Shown piece by piece: positions 34,827 through 49,200 of a DNA stretch of 64,000 nt (its first letter is position 1; every line of letters starts with the position of its first letter). Location of the stretch: the NCBI RefSeq assembly GCF_002571385.2, contig NW_019217939.1, positions 154,326-218,325 on the forward strand. The letters are read 5' to 3'. The notes under the pieces are model-generated. The model was not told the origin of the DNA. It saw only the letters and a program-made list of their open reading frames with translations, and made no database searches. The position numbers and the translations under genes are program-made. Source of the stretch: Stylophora pistillata. Taxonomy: Eukaryota.

Positions 34827-37800
34827 AGAGGCCAAAAGCAGTTTGGAAATGGGCTATTAATTCCTAGGCTATCCGCAGTATGTAAAAGATTCTTTTAGAT
34901 GTTAATTAATGTAACTATAGAATTTAGAATTCAGTTCCTTTTCAGTCACATGAATTATGCAGTGTGTAATCAGTATTTATAATTATTATGGTGAAAATTT
35001 CTTGCAAACTCCCTCCCAATCCCCTCCATCTGTGATTCAGGTGGCTCCAACAAATGTTTTATGTGACTTCTCAATTATTGCTGTAATCCTGGTATTTTCT
35101 AATCAATCATGAATATTTAGTGCAGTATCGTTGGCTCCAAAACACTAAAAGGTAAGAAGACAAAGAGATGACTTCCCAAGTTAAAAATAAGACTGGGGCA
35201 AGTTTAAAGGTGACAAATTACTGCAAAGTTTAGAAATGACAACATCCAATGCTAACTTCTCATTTTGAGCCAGACTGAAAAGAACTATTTGTTTTATGTA
35301 CACAGTTGAACCTTGATTATTTGCATTTTTCAATTAACCACACCCACGTCTCTGGTCCCCTTTGTTTGTGAGTATCTCTATAACAACTTTTTCTCATCAA
35401 ACAAAGCAGATGCACTGAAACATTGTTGACAATATTTCAAAGAATGATAGAATTGGCAACTCGCGCACATTTTTTCAAGAAAGCTTTAATAACCTTTTGC
35501 AAATAGTTTTGGCAAATGTTAACAATGAAGCACAATGATTTGAGAATGTCCATTATTGATTAAATGATATATATTGAGTTTTATTGTTGGCTCATTTTTG
35601 TGAACAATTCAGCTGTCTCCAAGAGTCTGGATAATTAGGGTTTGACCATACTTTATTACAGCTTATCATGTACATGTCAAGTCCTCTATTAGGTTACAGG
35701 ATCTGGCTCCTCTTTAGGTCAGGAACTATCTTTCTGGTATCAGTAGAATCCAAGGAGAGGCTGGACTTGTGCTCTTTCATCACAAGATAACTTAACAATT
35801 AGGATGGTGATGACAAAAACAAGGATATGATAGTACCAGTAATAATGATAATGATATGAATTATAATGAAACAGTGATAATCATTATGGTAGGAATAATA
35901 ACGATGTGAATTATGCACATGTTTTGAAACCAATAGATGCTTAAACTGTATAAAGCAATTCTTATTAATGAAAGTATAAATAGTAAAACCTTTTATTGTT
36001 ATATGAACTATCAAAATGAATCAATAGTTTGAATACATTGGTCTTGACTTTAATTTTTGCTACTTTCAATATTAAACTCAGTTGACTTTTCAAGGAATTT
36101 CTAATGCTTCAGCTAGATACAACAAAGTTTAAGTTCTCAACACTGTAATATAAAATTAACCAGGTTTTTTACATGTTCCCCTGCAATAGCATTTTAATAA
36201 TGAAGAAGTTTAATTCGGGTTTACAGCGATTCTAAAAAGGCCTCAAAAATCCAGGCTTCTTTTCAGTTTAGCTTTAACTTGCACTCAGACTTCAAAATTC
36301 CATCACATTTTTTTTCAAACAGTTGACCTTGCAGAAATTATAAGATTTGTAAAAAAGACAGATTTTTGTTCATCTTGCTCACGGGTATTTTAGTACAGTG
36401 ATTGTGCTAATATTTTAGTTTTAACACTTGTATACCTTACTTTGGGTTGACAGGACCATCACAATCTCTCCAGAGGACGTTTAGGGATTTTCAGCTCATA
36501 TCAACGTACGTAAAGAGATGGTAAGTCTGCGAGCTTGTCATCAAATTTTCTTTACTTCTAGTATGTTTTTATATTCCTTTATGTATGTCTAAAAAACGTT
36601 TAACAAGTTTCGGTTGAATCCTAAATAACCATAATCGCCGTAATATGTTTCAGTCGTTTCATTCCGTGAATCAGAATGAAACACAGTTGCCCAGCTTCTG
36701 CTTCTTGGCTATTCCTCTGAGACAGAGGTAAACAAGACTAATAGTCATTCAGAACAACTCATGAGAGTTGTTTTAGAGAATGGTATTTATACTGAGCAAA
36801 GGATGGAAGTTAGCAGAAATTTCTTACGGAGCCTATGCATATCCCGGCTTCAAAAGCATAATGCGACCAGGAATATTGACTAACACTCCCGCAAGAGATG
36901 TCTGTTACCAAACTCAAGGTCAGAGGCATTTGCAGAAACAAGATATGAGCAGAAAGGTAAGGTATTACTTTCTCAGTATTTCACGGTACCACTTGTGTTA
37001 CCACACATGCAATATTCTTCATGATCTTACTTTAGAAGTGAATCATGTTTAATTATATAAAAGAAATGTTTAAATCCATTACAAAAGAGCAAATGTGCCT
37101 GTTTATAGTTCTAGTTTGGAGAGAGATATTGCCACCCTAAGCGCCCCAGCCTGGCCTACCTTGGCCTCGCGATCTCTGGAGTCAAGGGTGCAAACCATAA
37201 AATACCAATGTCTCCAACATGAAAGAAGTGTTGGTGAAATTCAGGTATTCCAAATAAAATGTTGACTGCAATGCGTCGTTGAAATGCATAGTCCCGAGTA
37301 ACGTATGCCCACATTTAATAGTTGCGGGAAAGTTATTTGCATGTCCATCATATCATTTGCCTTCGCTTTCTTTGCTGTCCTCGAAGATAGTATCTCATCA
37401 AATAATCTTTTCCTGTCTCTGAGGGCTACACATACGTAACGGTAGTTGGTTTCAGTTATGAGCCTTAAGATTAGCGTTTTAGTTAATATATATTTGATCC
37501 AACCTAGACCGAAAAAAAAGTCCTAAAAACTCCTGCTTTTCTTTTAGATACCATGGCCTTCTACACAATGTGTTGGTGGTGTATGAAAAGTCCGTTGGTC
37601 CCTCTTTCCCACTTTTTATGTCATGCCATGCGAAACATACGCTTTACTCTCTGGTTTCAACGGCATTACATAAAGACACTCTTGGCGGACAATTCACTGC
37701 TTTTCTTTCAAGGAAAAAATCAAACAAAAACGGCTCCTTTAGGAGCCATCAATTATTTTATCGAGTTTTATAGCAATGACTAACGTACATATTTTGTAAT

Positions 37801-38258
37801 ACGATGTTCGCACTCATGTGTCGTTGGGCCCAGCGTTTTGCGGCATCAAAGAAGTAATGATAATAGTAATGATAATCAGTAACAATGATAAAAAAGGGTT
37901 GAATGATTAAGGAGTCAACTGATGAAGGTGGGGGAAGAACTCGTTTTTCTTAAGGGGGCGAAGTTACAATGGGGCGGGTTCACCGGGCTTCAAATACTGA
38001 TTAGACACAGACCAGTTCCATCAATATATTTATCGCATTCGTGCACTAGTTCTCGTTTTCAAAACCGGTAACAGGTAAATTGAATGTCCTTCTAAGACCT
38101 TCAGAAGGCTGACGGAAGCATTCAGTGTATCTTATTGAGCATGCTACACTATAAACCCAAATATCTGTCCTAATGACCTCTCGATGATTTTCAGAGAAGC
38201 AGTAGCTTTAGATTACCGTTTTTTTTTTTTTACTTCTTAGAAGAAAATAATCAAATTT

Positions 38259-38570
38259 ATTACACGACTCGGGCAGTCAGAGGGCCAATGACTAAAATCA
38301 ACCAATCAAAATGCTCTATTGCCAGTCAATATTCTCTCAGTATTGGACCGGGCACTGTCCCGAATGGTCCCGAATGATACCGCACTTGTGTCCCTTTGAA
38401 CTTCAGTCGTATAATAAATCTCTTATTAACCAAGCTTGCTCGGGACCGTACTGGAAGAATGTCGGCCCTCGGTCTTTTTTGTACGGACCGAGCTGGGCTC
38501 GGTCCGTACTGTCAAGACCTCGGGCCGATATTCTCCCAGTACGGCCCTCGCGCTTGGTTAATAAGATATA
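38259..38570 (+). mobile_element. Family A element, copy 3
   Basis: Direct sequence match; inverted arms at 38421-38435 and 38552-38566. Confidence 0.85.
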
Positions 38571-41500
38571 TTTAAAACCTTGAGTAAAAGGAGTGCATTT
38601 CATGGCAAAATTAGAAAAAAATCTCATCTTTTAGTTAAAGGATGGCATGGTGGAGGCAGATTTTAAAATAGCATTGAGTATTAATCGCACAACTGAGAGG
38701 TCTCTTGGTATTCGAAACTACGAACGACGCTTGCCAAGCATGCTCGTCAACAGTCGTTAGTAGCCCATAATCAATTTGAGAATTATAACAAACAATAGCA
38801 GAACTTGAATAACTCTTGTTGTTTGGATATTTATCTTCTGTCTCACCCTAATGCCAAAAAAGAGAACCAAAGGAAAAGGGAAAGGAATGACTAAGGTAAT
38901 ATGACTGAAGCATGTTAAGAACTGGCGGATGTTATTTAGATTAAACATCAAATTCTAGCAAGTAGCTATTAGTTAAAAGAATCATCTTTCACATCTGAAA
39001 ATCCTCCAAAATGGCGACCTACGTTATTTGTTTTAACAAAAAGTACTCCTTGTAAGTTGCTAGAAATAGCGTGCGCGTGAATCAAGTGGTAAACCCAATT
39101 TGAGTGATTTATTTCCGAAAAAACCGAAGATCCCAAATTTTTCTTATTATTCGAATTTCTAGCATACTTATCCTTTGTTCATCAAGTCCTGACCCATCCT
39201 CATTCCCACTCAGTCTTTTCCCCACACGGGGAATGACGATTATGGTACAGTCACTGCTAAGAATGTCACTGAGTCTGCTGAAACAAGCATGATAACCCTA
39301 TCTTGTTTAGATTGATCCGACTACAGCTGCCATCTTCTCCTATTGTACTCTTGACTTTGAATGAAATTGAAAGGACGCGAGTGATAATGTTTTGCCCAGT
39401 GTCTTATCCTTCTTCTATCGTTTGCCATTCCTAGAATTTTGCAAGACACTAGTCACAGGCGAACACCGTATATGTCCTCTCTACCGGAGTTTCCATGTTG
39501 TTCAGTCGTATGTTCGCTTCCTCCTTCGAAAAGACTCCTTATATTTATTGATAAGACGTATTCTGGTCAGGAACAGACACGTTTTATTTGTGACGTATCA
39601 AATGAGGTTTTTATTGTGGACCATACAAACGAGTGGTTAGTCCTGAGACACTATATACCTTCTAAAGTATTCTTCTGTACAACTCAATTTAGTAATAGTT
39701 GAGGAATCAGTCCAATACATTCTCCACAACTAGTCATTTTATTTTTCAACGAAGGCATTCGAAACTTGTAAATCTTAGTATTGTTATGTTAATTTTTACA
39801 GGTTTGATTTTTTAATTATGGACTGAAGTGTCATCTTGAGTGCATCAAGTTAATTGTGATGAATAATGCTCCCGTGATCTTCTTACTGACGGAAGATTTG
39901 AGTTGACGAGCCTATAACTGTTGGTGATGTCATGACCAAGTGTTATTTACAGAGCATTTGTTTGCTTAGTTTTTTCCTTCAGCATTTCATAGCTGGTCAT
40001 ACGGTGCACTGTAAACCTGTTACATTTTTTCCAAGTACTTTTAATCTTATTGTTGTTTTAGCAATAAAAGGTACTTTCTTATTTACAGGTTATTCTTATA
40101 AATCATTTTCTTATTTCACGTTTTCGGCCTTTTCGCATGATTGGGAACTTTCTTTTCTTAGTTTGTGATTTTCATTTAAAGTTCTTGTTATTACTTTTTG
40201 GAAAATGGCTGTAACCGTTGTTTGCCATCCCGGTGGAAACTTTACTTTATAATTGTTTAACCCAGTTGTTGATGAAGTACAGTTTTGACCATTACACCGA
40301 GTTTTTTGTTTTGCTTTTTTTTACTGCGGTTTTCAAGGGGCAGATGGCATAGTGAAACCTTCCAGTGGTGAAGCAAATTAAAACTGCTGCGCATAATGAT
40401 ACTTATTCCATGTTTTCTCATCTAGAATATAATCGTGATACCTCATGTATCATAATAGTATTATCTATTTGTTATGGTTTGTACTTGGCAACGACCATGT
40501 GTCATAGTTTTGTGAGGGAATCAATTTTTTATAGATAACAGGCTCCGTGTGTGAGGACTTAATCTTTGTCATTTGTGGGGGGTTTTGCGCAACACATGGA
40601 ATGTTCCGGAAAAGGTTCATATGAGACCTTGAATCACGCAAGTATTTCCTTGGTACTTCCTTTAGCATTTATCACTTACAACCTTTTGAAATGGGTTACT
40701 TGTAACTATTTTTGGAAGGTTACTGGCTTGTATGTAGCTGGGACTTTATATTATCTACTTTGAAAGATGAATCGGCTTGCGTGTATCGCATTTTCACTTA
40801 AACAGACTCGAAACATTTAGACACCTGTATGGCTGGAATATTCTCACGCCATCGCGTGACTTAGTCTCATTATCTCAATGTAGGCTACCTCTTTTTGACC
40901 TCTGATTACACCTTAAATGGTTTCCTCGATTTTACGGCCATTAAAGCTGTCTATTTCGGGAAGTATAATTACCCCCTCCTGGTCTTTAACTCGGTCTCTC
41001 GTCTGTAACTAACGATCAGCAATCAGCTAGTCACGAAATGGATACGGCAAAGTTATGTAAACATTGTAAGTTAAAGCTGGTTATGTATCATTTGTTGTCT
41101 TTGGAGAACTTTTCCATGTGTTAAGATGATTGTAACGGAGTCATCTCTCCTCCTCAATGTTGATCAACTGTACAATTAGCTCTGTATTCCTCGGGCATTG
41201 CGTAGACACCCATAAGTGAATGACACAGATGATTGACTCAACACGCGATGATAAACTGTTTTGGTTTCTCTTACTTCAGCTTTTCCTTTGTCCTCCCATT
41301 AGTTTCTTTGTTCTCTTCACACTTCGTTGTACACTGAAGTGTTTTTCGTCTATTCCGGATACTTGATTCCTACAGTTGCCCTTGTGCCACTACACGACTA
41401 ACGTAAAAGCACTTCTGTTCTCTCACGAAATGTTTGTGTCGCGCTTCGGAGACTACGTGTCATAACTTGATTTTATGCCAGTTGCGGTCCATTCTGTTGT

Positions 41501-43149
41501 GCTTCACGAGGCTACACTCTAAGATATCGTTGCGTTTTCTTTCTGCTGAGCTGACATACAAAGATCTGCTCTCTCGCTAATCCGTATTGCTAAGGTAAGA
41601 TAAGCACTATTTAATGGAGGGTATAAGTCCGCATCCTGTCACATTATTTCTCCCTTATGAACTTTTCCGGTGGCTATAATGAGCAAATACTTAAAAACAG
41701 CTCTCAGTTGTGCCTGAAATACTAGAGATTCCCTTTATGCCACAGTTTGTTTTTCGTTTCGTTTCTTTTTTTTTCGGAATGGACGTCAATTTGTTCTGAT
41801 TCCACGCCCTATGCCTTTGTACAGGTATGTTTGACTCCCACTGGACATTGCACTCTAAGAACTTTCACAGTACAGGCATGCTGGTATTACTTCACTTGAC
41901 CAAATCTCCGCCCTTAAAGTCAGTACATTATAGAGATTACTCTTATAACTTGCGTACGGGAAGTGATATTGGCTAATTCCAATTTCATCTCTTCTGAGTT
42001 ACTATTTCCCCGATGGTTTTAAAATAAGGCAACTGAAATTTATTTTGCTATTTGCGAACGCTAGCTTTGAATATTAATTAAAAAAATAAGTTCAGTTGTT
42101 TCTCAAGCCTCCGGGTAGTTGGTTGGGAAGTGCTTGTACACACTCTACCCTCTATAATTGAATTCTTTAACGGTTGTAATGTAATCCGTTAGTCAATCTG
42201 GTGATGAAGGACAAATTGCCTTCCGTTATTGTTAGCCTGACTGGCCATGGGCTGTTTGATAGAAATAGAACATCTCTATTATAAGTAAGTGTACTGTCCG
42301 CTGGCGATAGGTATTCGTTGCTAATATGGTATTTCACAAGATATAGTTTCATTAGTACTCAGTTCTTTAAGCTGAAAACAAGCTTAAGACACTGCCCTTG
42401 ATGGCTGTTTTGCTGTACAGTATTGCTGGTCTTTGGTGGCACAGTGGAAAGATGACAGTCTAAAATACACTCTGCCAGAATCACATCTAGCTGTTGAATG
42501 TGAACGTTCTTAAAAGTCTTTGAAAAGTCGGTCGTCATCTTCAAACGATTAAATTCTTGTATGGTCTCAAAATAAAGTTAGCGTGTCTAAGCGTAGATGA
42601 AAGCTATGGGCTAAACGTTGACATTTTTCCATGGGTCAGGGAACAACCCTGCGCAAGACGGTTTTGCAGCTCTTCAGCGATGAGTTTGAGTCAAGTTGTT
42701 TAATATGTTAAATCAAGCGGGTTCGCGTTATCTCTGGAAAAAGAAGCATAAAATTCAATTGCAAGATTTTCCAATCGTGACGCGATTTTCTCTGGGGTTT
42801 TTGTATTCATCAATGAAACGTCACTGACAAAGAAGAGATGGATAAAAAGTCAATTTAATTACGCAAAAAGCAAGTTAAAAAATCAATACGATTATATCAA
42901 TATCACCTGAAAATTCCAGAAACATTTGCTATGTGTGTGATTTACTCGTATAAAATAAAAATGCTTGTTGCATTATTTGACAAATTAAGTGAAATTATTT
43001 GGAATGGAAGACTTAGACTTAAGATTCCCTTCTTAAACGGCTAAACAAATCATTACTCCCCTCAGAATGTTTGGTCATCGTTTTGTTGATATCACAGAAT
43101 CATTTCTATGTATGTGAATTTCTCTGATGGAGAGTAATGTACAGATCAC

Positions 43150-43230
43150 TCCAACCATATGGTGCCAAGGAGATCAAGGGCTCGATTCCTCTCAGGGACC
43201 GAAAGCGTTTTCTTTGTTCTGTACGCTTGA
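43150..43230 (+). mobile_element. Possible degenerate tRNA-SINE head
   Basis: B-box-like GGCTCGATTCC followed by GGGACC...TTTTCTTTGT; weak. Confidence 0.3.
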
Positions 43231-46200
43231 GAAAAAAAAAGATGTGGGGTATTTCATTATAAAAGAAAAACACTAGATGGGCAGATGGGGTGCGTGGGAA
43301 CTATGCTGGAAGTTAACTTATCGCAAAAGAAGTGGTGAAATATAAGTTCATTTTCGCTTACAAATCAACTGGCTGGCATGATGTGGCGCATCATTATTCT
43401 TCCTCTGTCGTCGCCTGACAGACCTTAACAAAAGAGCTAAGGCTAAAATCAGTCTCAATGTCGTTGTGGGCTGTGTTGGATTGGTAAAACTATGTATTAG
43501 AATCTATTAGTGTGTATGTGTGGTAAATTTAGGCTGTGAAAATGCCATTAGGTTTAGTTTGTTTCAAATACTGTTTGCGGAGGGTCTAGGAGTCTTCAAT
43601 ATTCAGCTTCTCATTGTTTTCACGTGCAACAAAGGACTGATATTCGTTAGGGCGGGTACAGAAAGCGAACATGTCTTAAATATGTGCCCCGAAAATATCG
43701 CAGCAAATAAACTGGCTTACTGATTGTATGCGTCGGGATTTAAACGGCTTATACACTATTTCTCAAAACGTTTCTTTATTATAAATGAGATAATGATTAA
43801 GTCCTATACAACTTACAAATTAATTACACTTCTTACCATCTGGTCTTTATGGTAGACATAAGATTTGAAATCTAAAGTAGAGTTCCAAAAGTGACTTTAT
43901 GTGAGTAAGCAAAGTGAAGTCATTGGCTTTGCCATGAGTATAATTTTGCGTTGCCTTGATCCTTCGATATTGTAAAACTGTTATGATTAGAAAGTTACTT
44001 CTTGTGTCCTAGTGTTGGTGGCGGCCTCGAGTTTCCAGCAAATTTGTCAGATTTTAATCTATATTGAGGGTAACAGGTTAATTTTTCTGAATTAATCACT
44101 CACAACAGTTAAACGTATGACAAGATTTTTATCTCGCATGTATTAGCCACTTAGATCCATATCAGAAATGCCTTCCAGTTATTATCATGTCTTTCTCTGA
44201 CACACGCGTCCCACAGGTGTAGTTGAAAAAAAATTGCGCAATTTACGCGCTCTACAGGTGCAGTTTGGAAAAAATGTGTGCTATTCTTTGCCCTATTACT
44301 TTACTTACATGCTTGGGAAAGTTTTTCCAAAGAAAGTCACCTAAAAGGTTGTAATGCGGCTAAATCTCAGTAAGACTTTTAAACATTTATTAAGGGTTTA
44401 TTAAGCACGTTATTTTCATCGTAACTTTTGTTATCTCTTCGCTAATTTTGTCTGTAAAGAAAATAAACGTGTCTAGCGGTAAAACTGATTTTCTTTTAAA
44501 AGTCGCGAAATTTTTTGAGATGACCGCTTTTGGCGCCAGATAAAAGATAAAAGACAACGTTATTAAATTTCAATTTGGTGGTACACTTTGAAATCTTTCG
44601 GCAGAACTTTCCGTTTTGAGTGGCTTCGAATCATAGTAAATGATAATGCTTTTTAAAGCATTGAGCTTGAAGTTAAACCAAATTAGCAATTATGAATCAT
44701 ATTTTGTCTTGTAGGCACTGGAGTTGTTAGCTCCAACACGTGCTGTGCTTATAAAATTGTACACATGCATGGCTGATAATTGCCATGGAGGGTTATGTAT
44801 TCCTCCCCGTGGTAGCAGATTTAAAAAATTGCGGGCTAAATCAAGTAGAATTTCGCAAAGATATTATGAATCTTAAAATTAAATAAGATTAGCATATTTT
44901 TTTCATATGGCTCTACCTATTTGTATTTTCGCTGATAGATGTACCTAACAGTTTACTGCTATTTTCCTTTGTCAAAAGCTACTTCAGAGACTTTTTCTGT
45001 TAGTCATTCACATTGATTCTTCAATCAGTTTTGAAAATGTTTAAGCGAATGAGGGCCCTTTATTAAGTTGGAATATTTGCCTTTATCTCATCATTAAATT
45101 GAATTATTTAAGAATGGACATAAAACTACGACCTTTAATAACCAATCAAAGTGTTCACCCAACCGCGTAGTTTTCATTCCAAGCTGACCATTTTTAAAAT
45201 TGTTGGCCGAGTTGTCACGTAAAATGGTGGTTCAGGGTGTAACTACTTAAAAACCAGAATATCTGAAACTACTCGAAACCATGGACAACGTTGCGATATC
45301 AGTGTAACTAGGGTGCATTCGTTCAAGTCGATACCAATTCTTTTCATAGGGGGTTTTCTAAATACAATCCATCAATCTTGGTTGTAAATATGTTCATCAG
45401 TTATGTATTTTTGCCGCGCATCGTTTGTTTTAATGATCACAGTGATTCTTTTATTTCATACAACTTAAGTTCTAACCGAAGGCGTACTTAATGTTACTAC
45501 TGTTTTATGTTTGAAAACGTCTATATTTGGAGGTAATGCTTCGAGAGAATGTTCAGAGGACATCTTTTCTCGAGCTTTTCCTTTAGTTTCATCCATTTCA
45601 AAAGTATTGATAATTAAGGAAATTGTTGACTTAAAAGAAAAAGATTGTATTCCAAAGATAAAAAAATATCAGTAGAATCTTCGCAAAACTTTGATATGAC
45701 TGAGTCTTGTGCGATTGTATGCGGGTGTCTACAAATTATCGCCCTTTTGGTTACGCCTATTACTGGCATTCTATCTATGTATTCTCTACAATCTAGAACC
45801 ATCCTGTGCATCTACTGAAGCGTCATGTTTGATTAATGATCTTGAATGCAATTCCGAGAAATTTAAAAACGCGAGACTCTTCCAGGGTTTTCAAACTTAT
45901 AATTTGGAATTTTGTGTTACTTTTTTATCACGTGATATCATAGTATTGCCAGAATACAAAATGCACTGGTTAAATACGGAAATGCAACCGCTAAAAGGAT
46001 TTTCAAGTATTGTCCTTGATGTAGTTGTGATCAAAACAAGTCCTAAGCGTTTTTTTTTTTTTTGCTTTTCTTTGCACCCGTGACAAATATATCAAGTGGA
46101 GTCTTTCGAACTTTAACAAAGAAGGAGCTATCAGTTGTTGGTTTATCCTACGTCAGTTTAAATAATTGTAAACATTGAAGATCAATTCATTCTCAAAACA

Positions 46201-49200
46201 CCAGAATTATCACATTCCTGCATTCGTGATCATGCTCAGCAATAAGCGATACCAGCGTTTCATGACCTGACTTGAATGACATGTGATTGTGTTGTGGTCA
46301 TCTAACTAAGACTTAATATCAGTTAGAAAGGGAGAACAAAATCAAAAATGAGATGCCATGATTTTTACAAAATATTTCCTGATAGTCGTGGCGTTTTACA
46401 GTGATTATGACTAATAGGTTCTCAAGCTTCTTTCTCTCAATTGGTTTCTTTAAGTTCTAAGGCGCACCGCTCTAAATAAGCTTGTAAAGAGGGTGATATC
46501 CACCCAACATATTTTCCACTTGCTCTGATTATTTTTGCCATCCAAGTTATATTGATATCAAAATCTAAATATACACATATGTTGTCAGTTTTGCTTACTC
46601 ATTTTTGTTTACTGGTTTTGTTTTTAAATAGCAGCTTTCGTCAGGAGATAAATATCGGCTTTGAGCGATCGAGTGTCCTCGAGTAGACTTTTATCACTTG
46701 TACGTCATAGATACCCAGCGCGTGAGAACCGGCCCGCTTCCTCAACCTCTTACAGGAACTGTGGCGCTTTATTAAGTACCGCGGTGGGCTTAACATCACT
46801 TGACTGTTAATGAGTTCGTGATCCTAGCCTAGGCTTCGCCAAGCGCAAGCATAACTGTGCAAAAAGGGGAAGAGATCCAAATATTGTCAGTGTCGTAATT
46901 TTTATCTCTTGAAATTGGTTTAAGAAAAGCCCTCCCCTCCAAAAATCATAATTTTCAAAGCCTGATCTGTAACCCTATTAAGAAGGAACGGTGAGAATTA
47001 GAGATACACCCGACCGTGGGAAAAATCCCGCCTGCTCAATTATTTTGTAATTTGCAGAATTTAATTTTGAAACGAATCCAGGAAATTCTCTTATGAGCAC
47101 TTTTAGAGATGACGTGGGTTCTTCTTCTCCTTGCGATCAAAATCTTTTTGTTTAAAACAAAAAGAACTAGATGACTTATTTGTCTATCTTCAATCGACTA
47201 GCCCATGGCAGAAATAGAAGCTGTCTTGGTGACTCCCCACTCAGGAGTTGATGTTTCCATAAGGTTCCAGTGTATTCCTCATAACAATGTCTGTAGGTGG
47301 AGAGGCCAGAAATCATACGCCAGAGTTGGTGATATTTAGCGTCAAAGAAACAAATAATATCATGTGCAGTTTATGAACTATTACTAAGCAATTTGTTGTT
47401 CACGTCAAGCTTTAATTTCTGGTCATAATATTTTTTGAAATATTGTTTCCCCTCTTTACTATAAATAAGGTTTTAGTGGTTCTGTGTATGCTTAGGTGGA
47501 CCACTGATATCTTAAAGGCATCCCCGTCACATTTCAGTAGAAAACAAAAGTGGTCGAACTTTGAATTTTTTTAGGTATTAAAAAAAAAAAATGCCTTTTA
47601 CTGCTCTCAACTTCACCTTTTTTATGCTACGGTTGAAGGTAGCCGTTCTTCTCTAGTTTACATTTTTTTCCTTTTTTATTTTATTGCAGTTTTCACAGAA
47701 TAGTTTTTTCACAGAAAGACAAAACTTATCTCCTCCCTACTGACGTCAGTTTTATGTAACATAAGATTTGTTAATACGCGATGTTTCATCCTGAAATACT
47801 CTAGTAGTCTCAGCAGTGATACAGCACCCATTTTATTCCCTTTATACTGAGAACTATAACAGTAAAGCTCTCAACTTTGAGAGAAAAACAACCGGGTTTG
47901 TGACGTCTATGATAGCGTGCGATATGTGTGATATTGACCGACTGTGCGCACCTTCCCACGCCAGCCATTCACTTGTACAACATCGTCGCATCAAGATACT
48001 GCCGAGACTGACTAAGTGATAGTATCGGGCATTCGATATTATCTTAAGAACTTGAAGCAATAGATCATCATAACCATCTTCGTAATCTCCAAACAATCAG
48101 TTCTTGAACAACAAGTGTAGCTTTTCCTCTTGAGCGTTTTCAGTGGTTTGCTTGGTTTAAAGGGAAGTCCATGTCGAATCAATATTAACCTATTGAAAAC
48201 GACCCTCCAACGACTATTTCCGTTAATATAAAAGCCTCTCTTTATTTATCATAATCATATGTGTTTAAATCGACTGCGGGTTCACTAGTGCTGCGGCCCG
48301 AACATAACCATTTCAAAGCAACCTACTGTGGAGTTCCTTTACTTTATTCTTTTCATCTGTGGCAATCAACTGATTCCTTCATTTCTGTGTAAGTATAAAC
48401 CTTAATTCATTGAAAATTCATTATTATTGTTTATCTACTCCATCGACCAACGATACTTTCAAATGATGCAAGGAATGAAAAAAAAAAAAAAGCTTGGGAA
48501 AAAAATGCTGCAGAAATATCTACAAACTGAGATCACTGTTTTGTAATCTTAAGTTTATAGTTCCAGAATGTTCGCGCTGCGCGTGCCTTGTGGAAAAATA
48601 CTACCACTGCCCGACATGGCAACAATATATCCCGGCAGATATAGTACAAATATTCGATTCTTCGTCTTAGATTTCTATGCCTATCTTATTTGCTGTTCGT
48701 TTTTCTTATCACAATTATCTGCACTGTTTGCTTTTGTCGAATACTACAGCGTAGATCGTTCGATGAGCGCTTCCCTGAAGTTGGCGAGTTTGTGCGATTG
48801 CAATATACGCTTCTTTTTTAATGCACAGTATTGATTTATGAGAAGGAAAATCGCTTATTTTATTGATTAAGTGCAGTGTAGACGTCTTTGTGCCGGGAAT
48901 CATTTCCACTATTGTTAACTATTTCTATTTATCACTGTTTTACTTCGATGAATATCTAAGAATAAACCATCGTGGTAGGAAAAACAAAATAAAGGAACTG
49001 TCTTCAATTAAAATGAAACAGCGATCAACGTCAGTGGGTTAGACCTTAAGGACTTTAATTTTCTTCCACAAAATCATAATCACCTGTGTTTTTGACTTAA
49101 TTATTCAGGAATATTTTCCTTTTGAAGCACACGTGTGTTATCGTGTTTCCAAGGTTCAAAGAAGCCAATCTGGTTTTTGTAAAATAAACACTTCTTTTCT

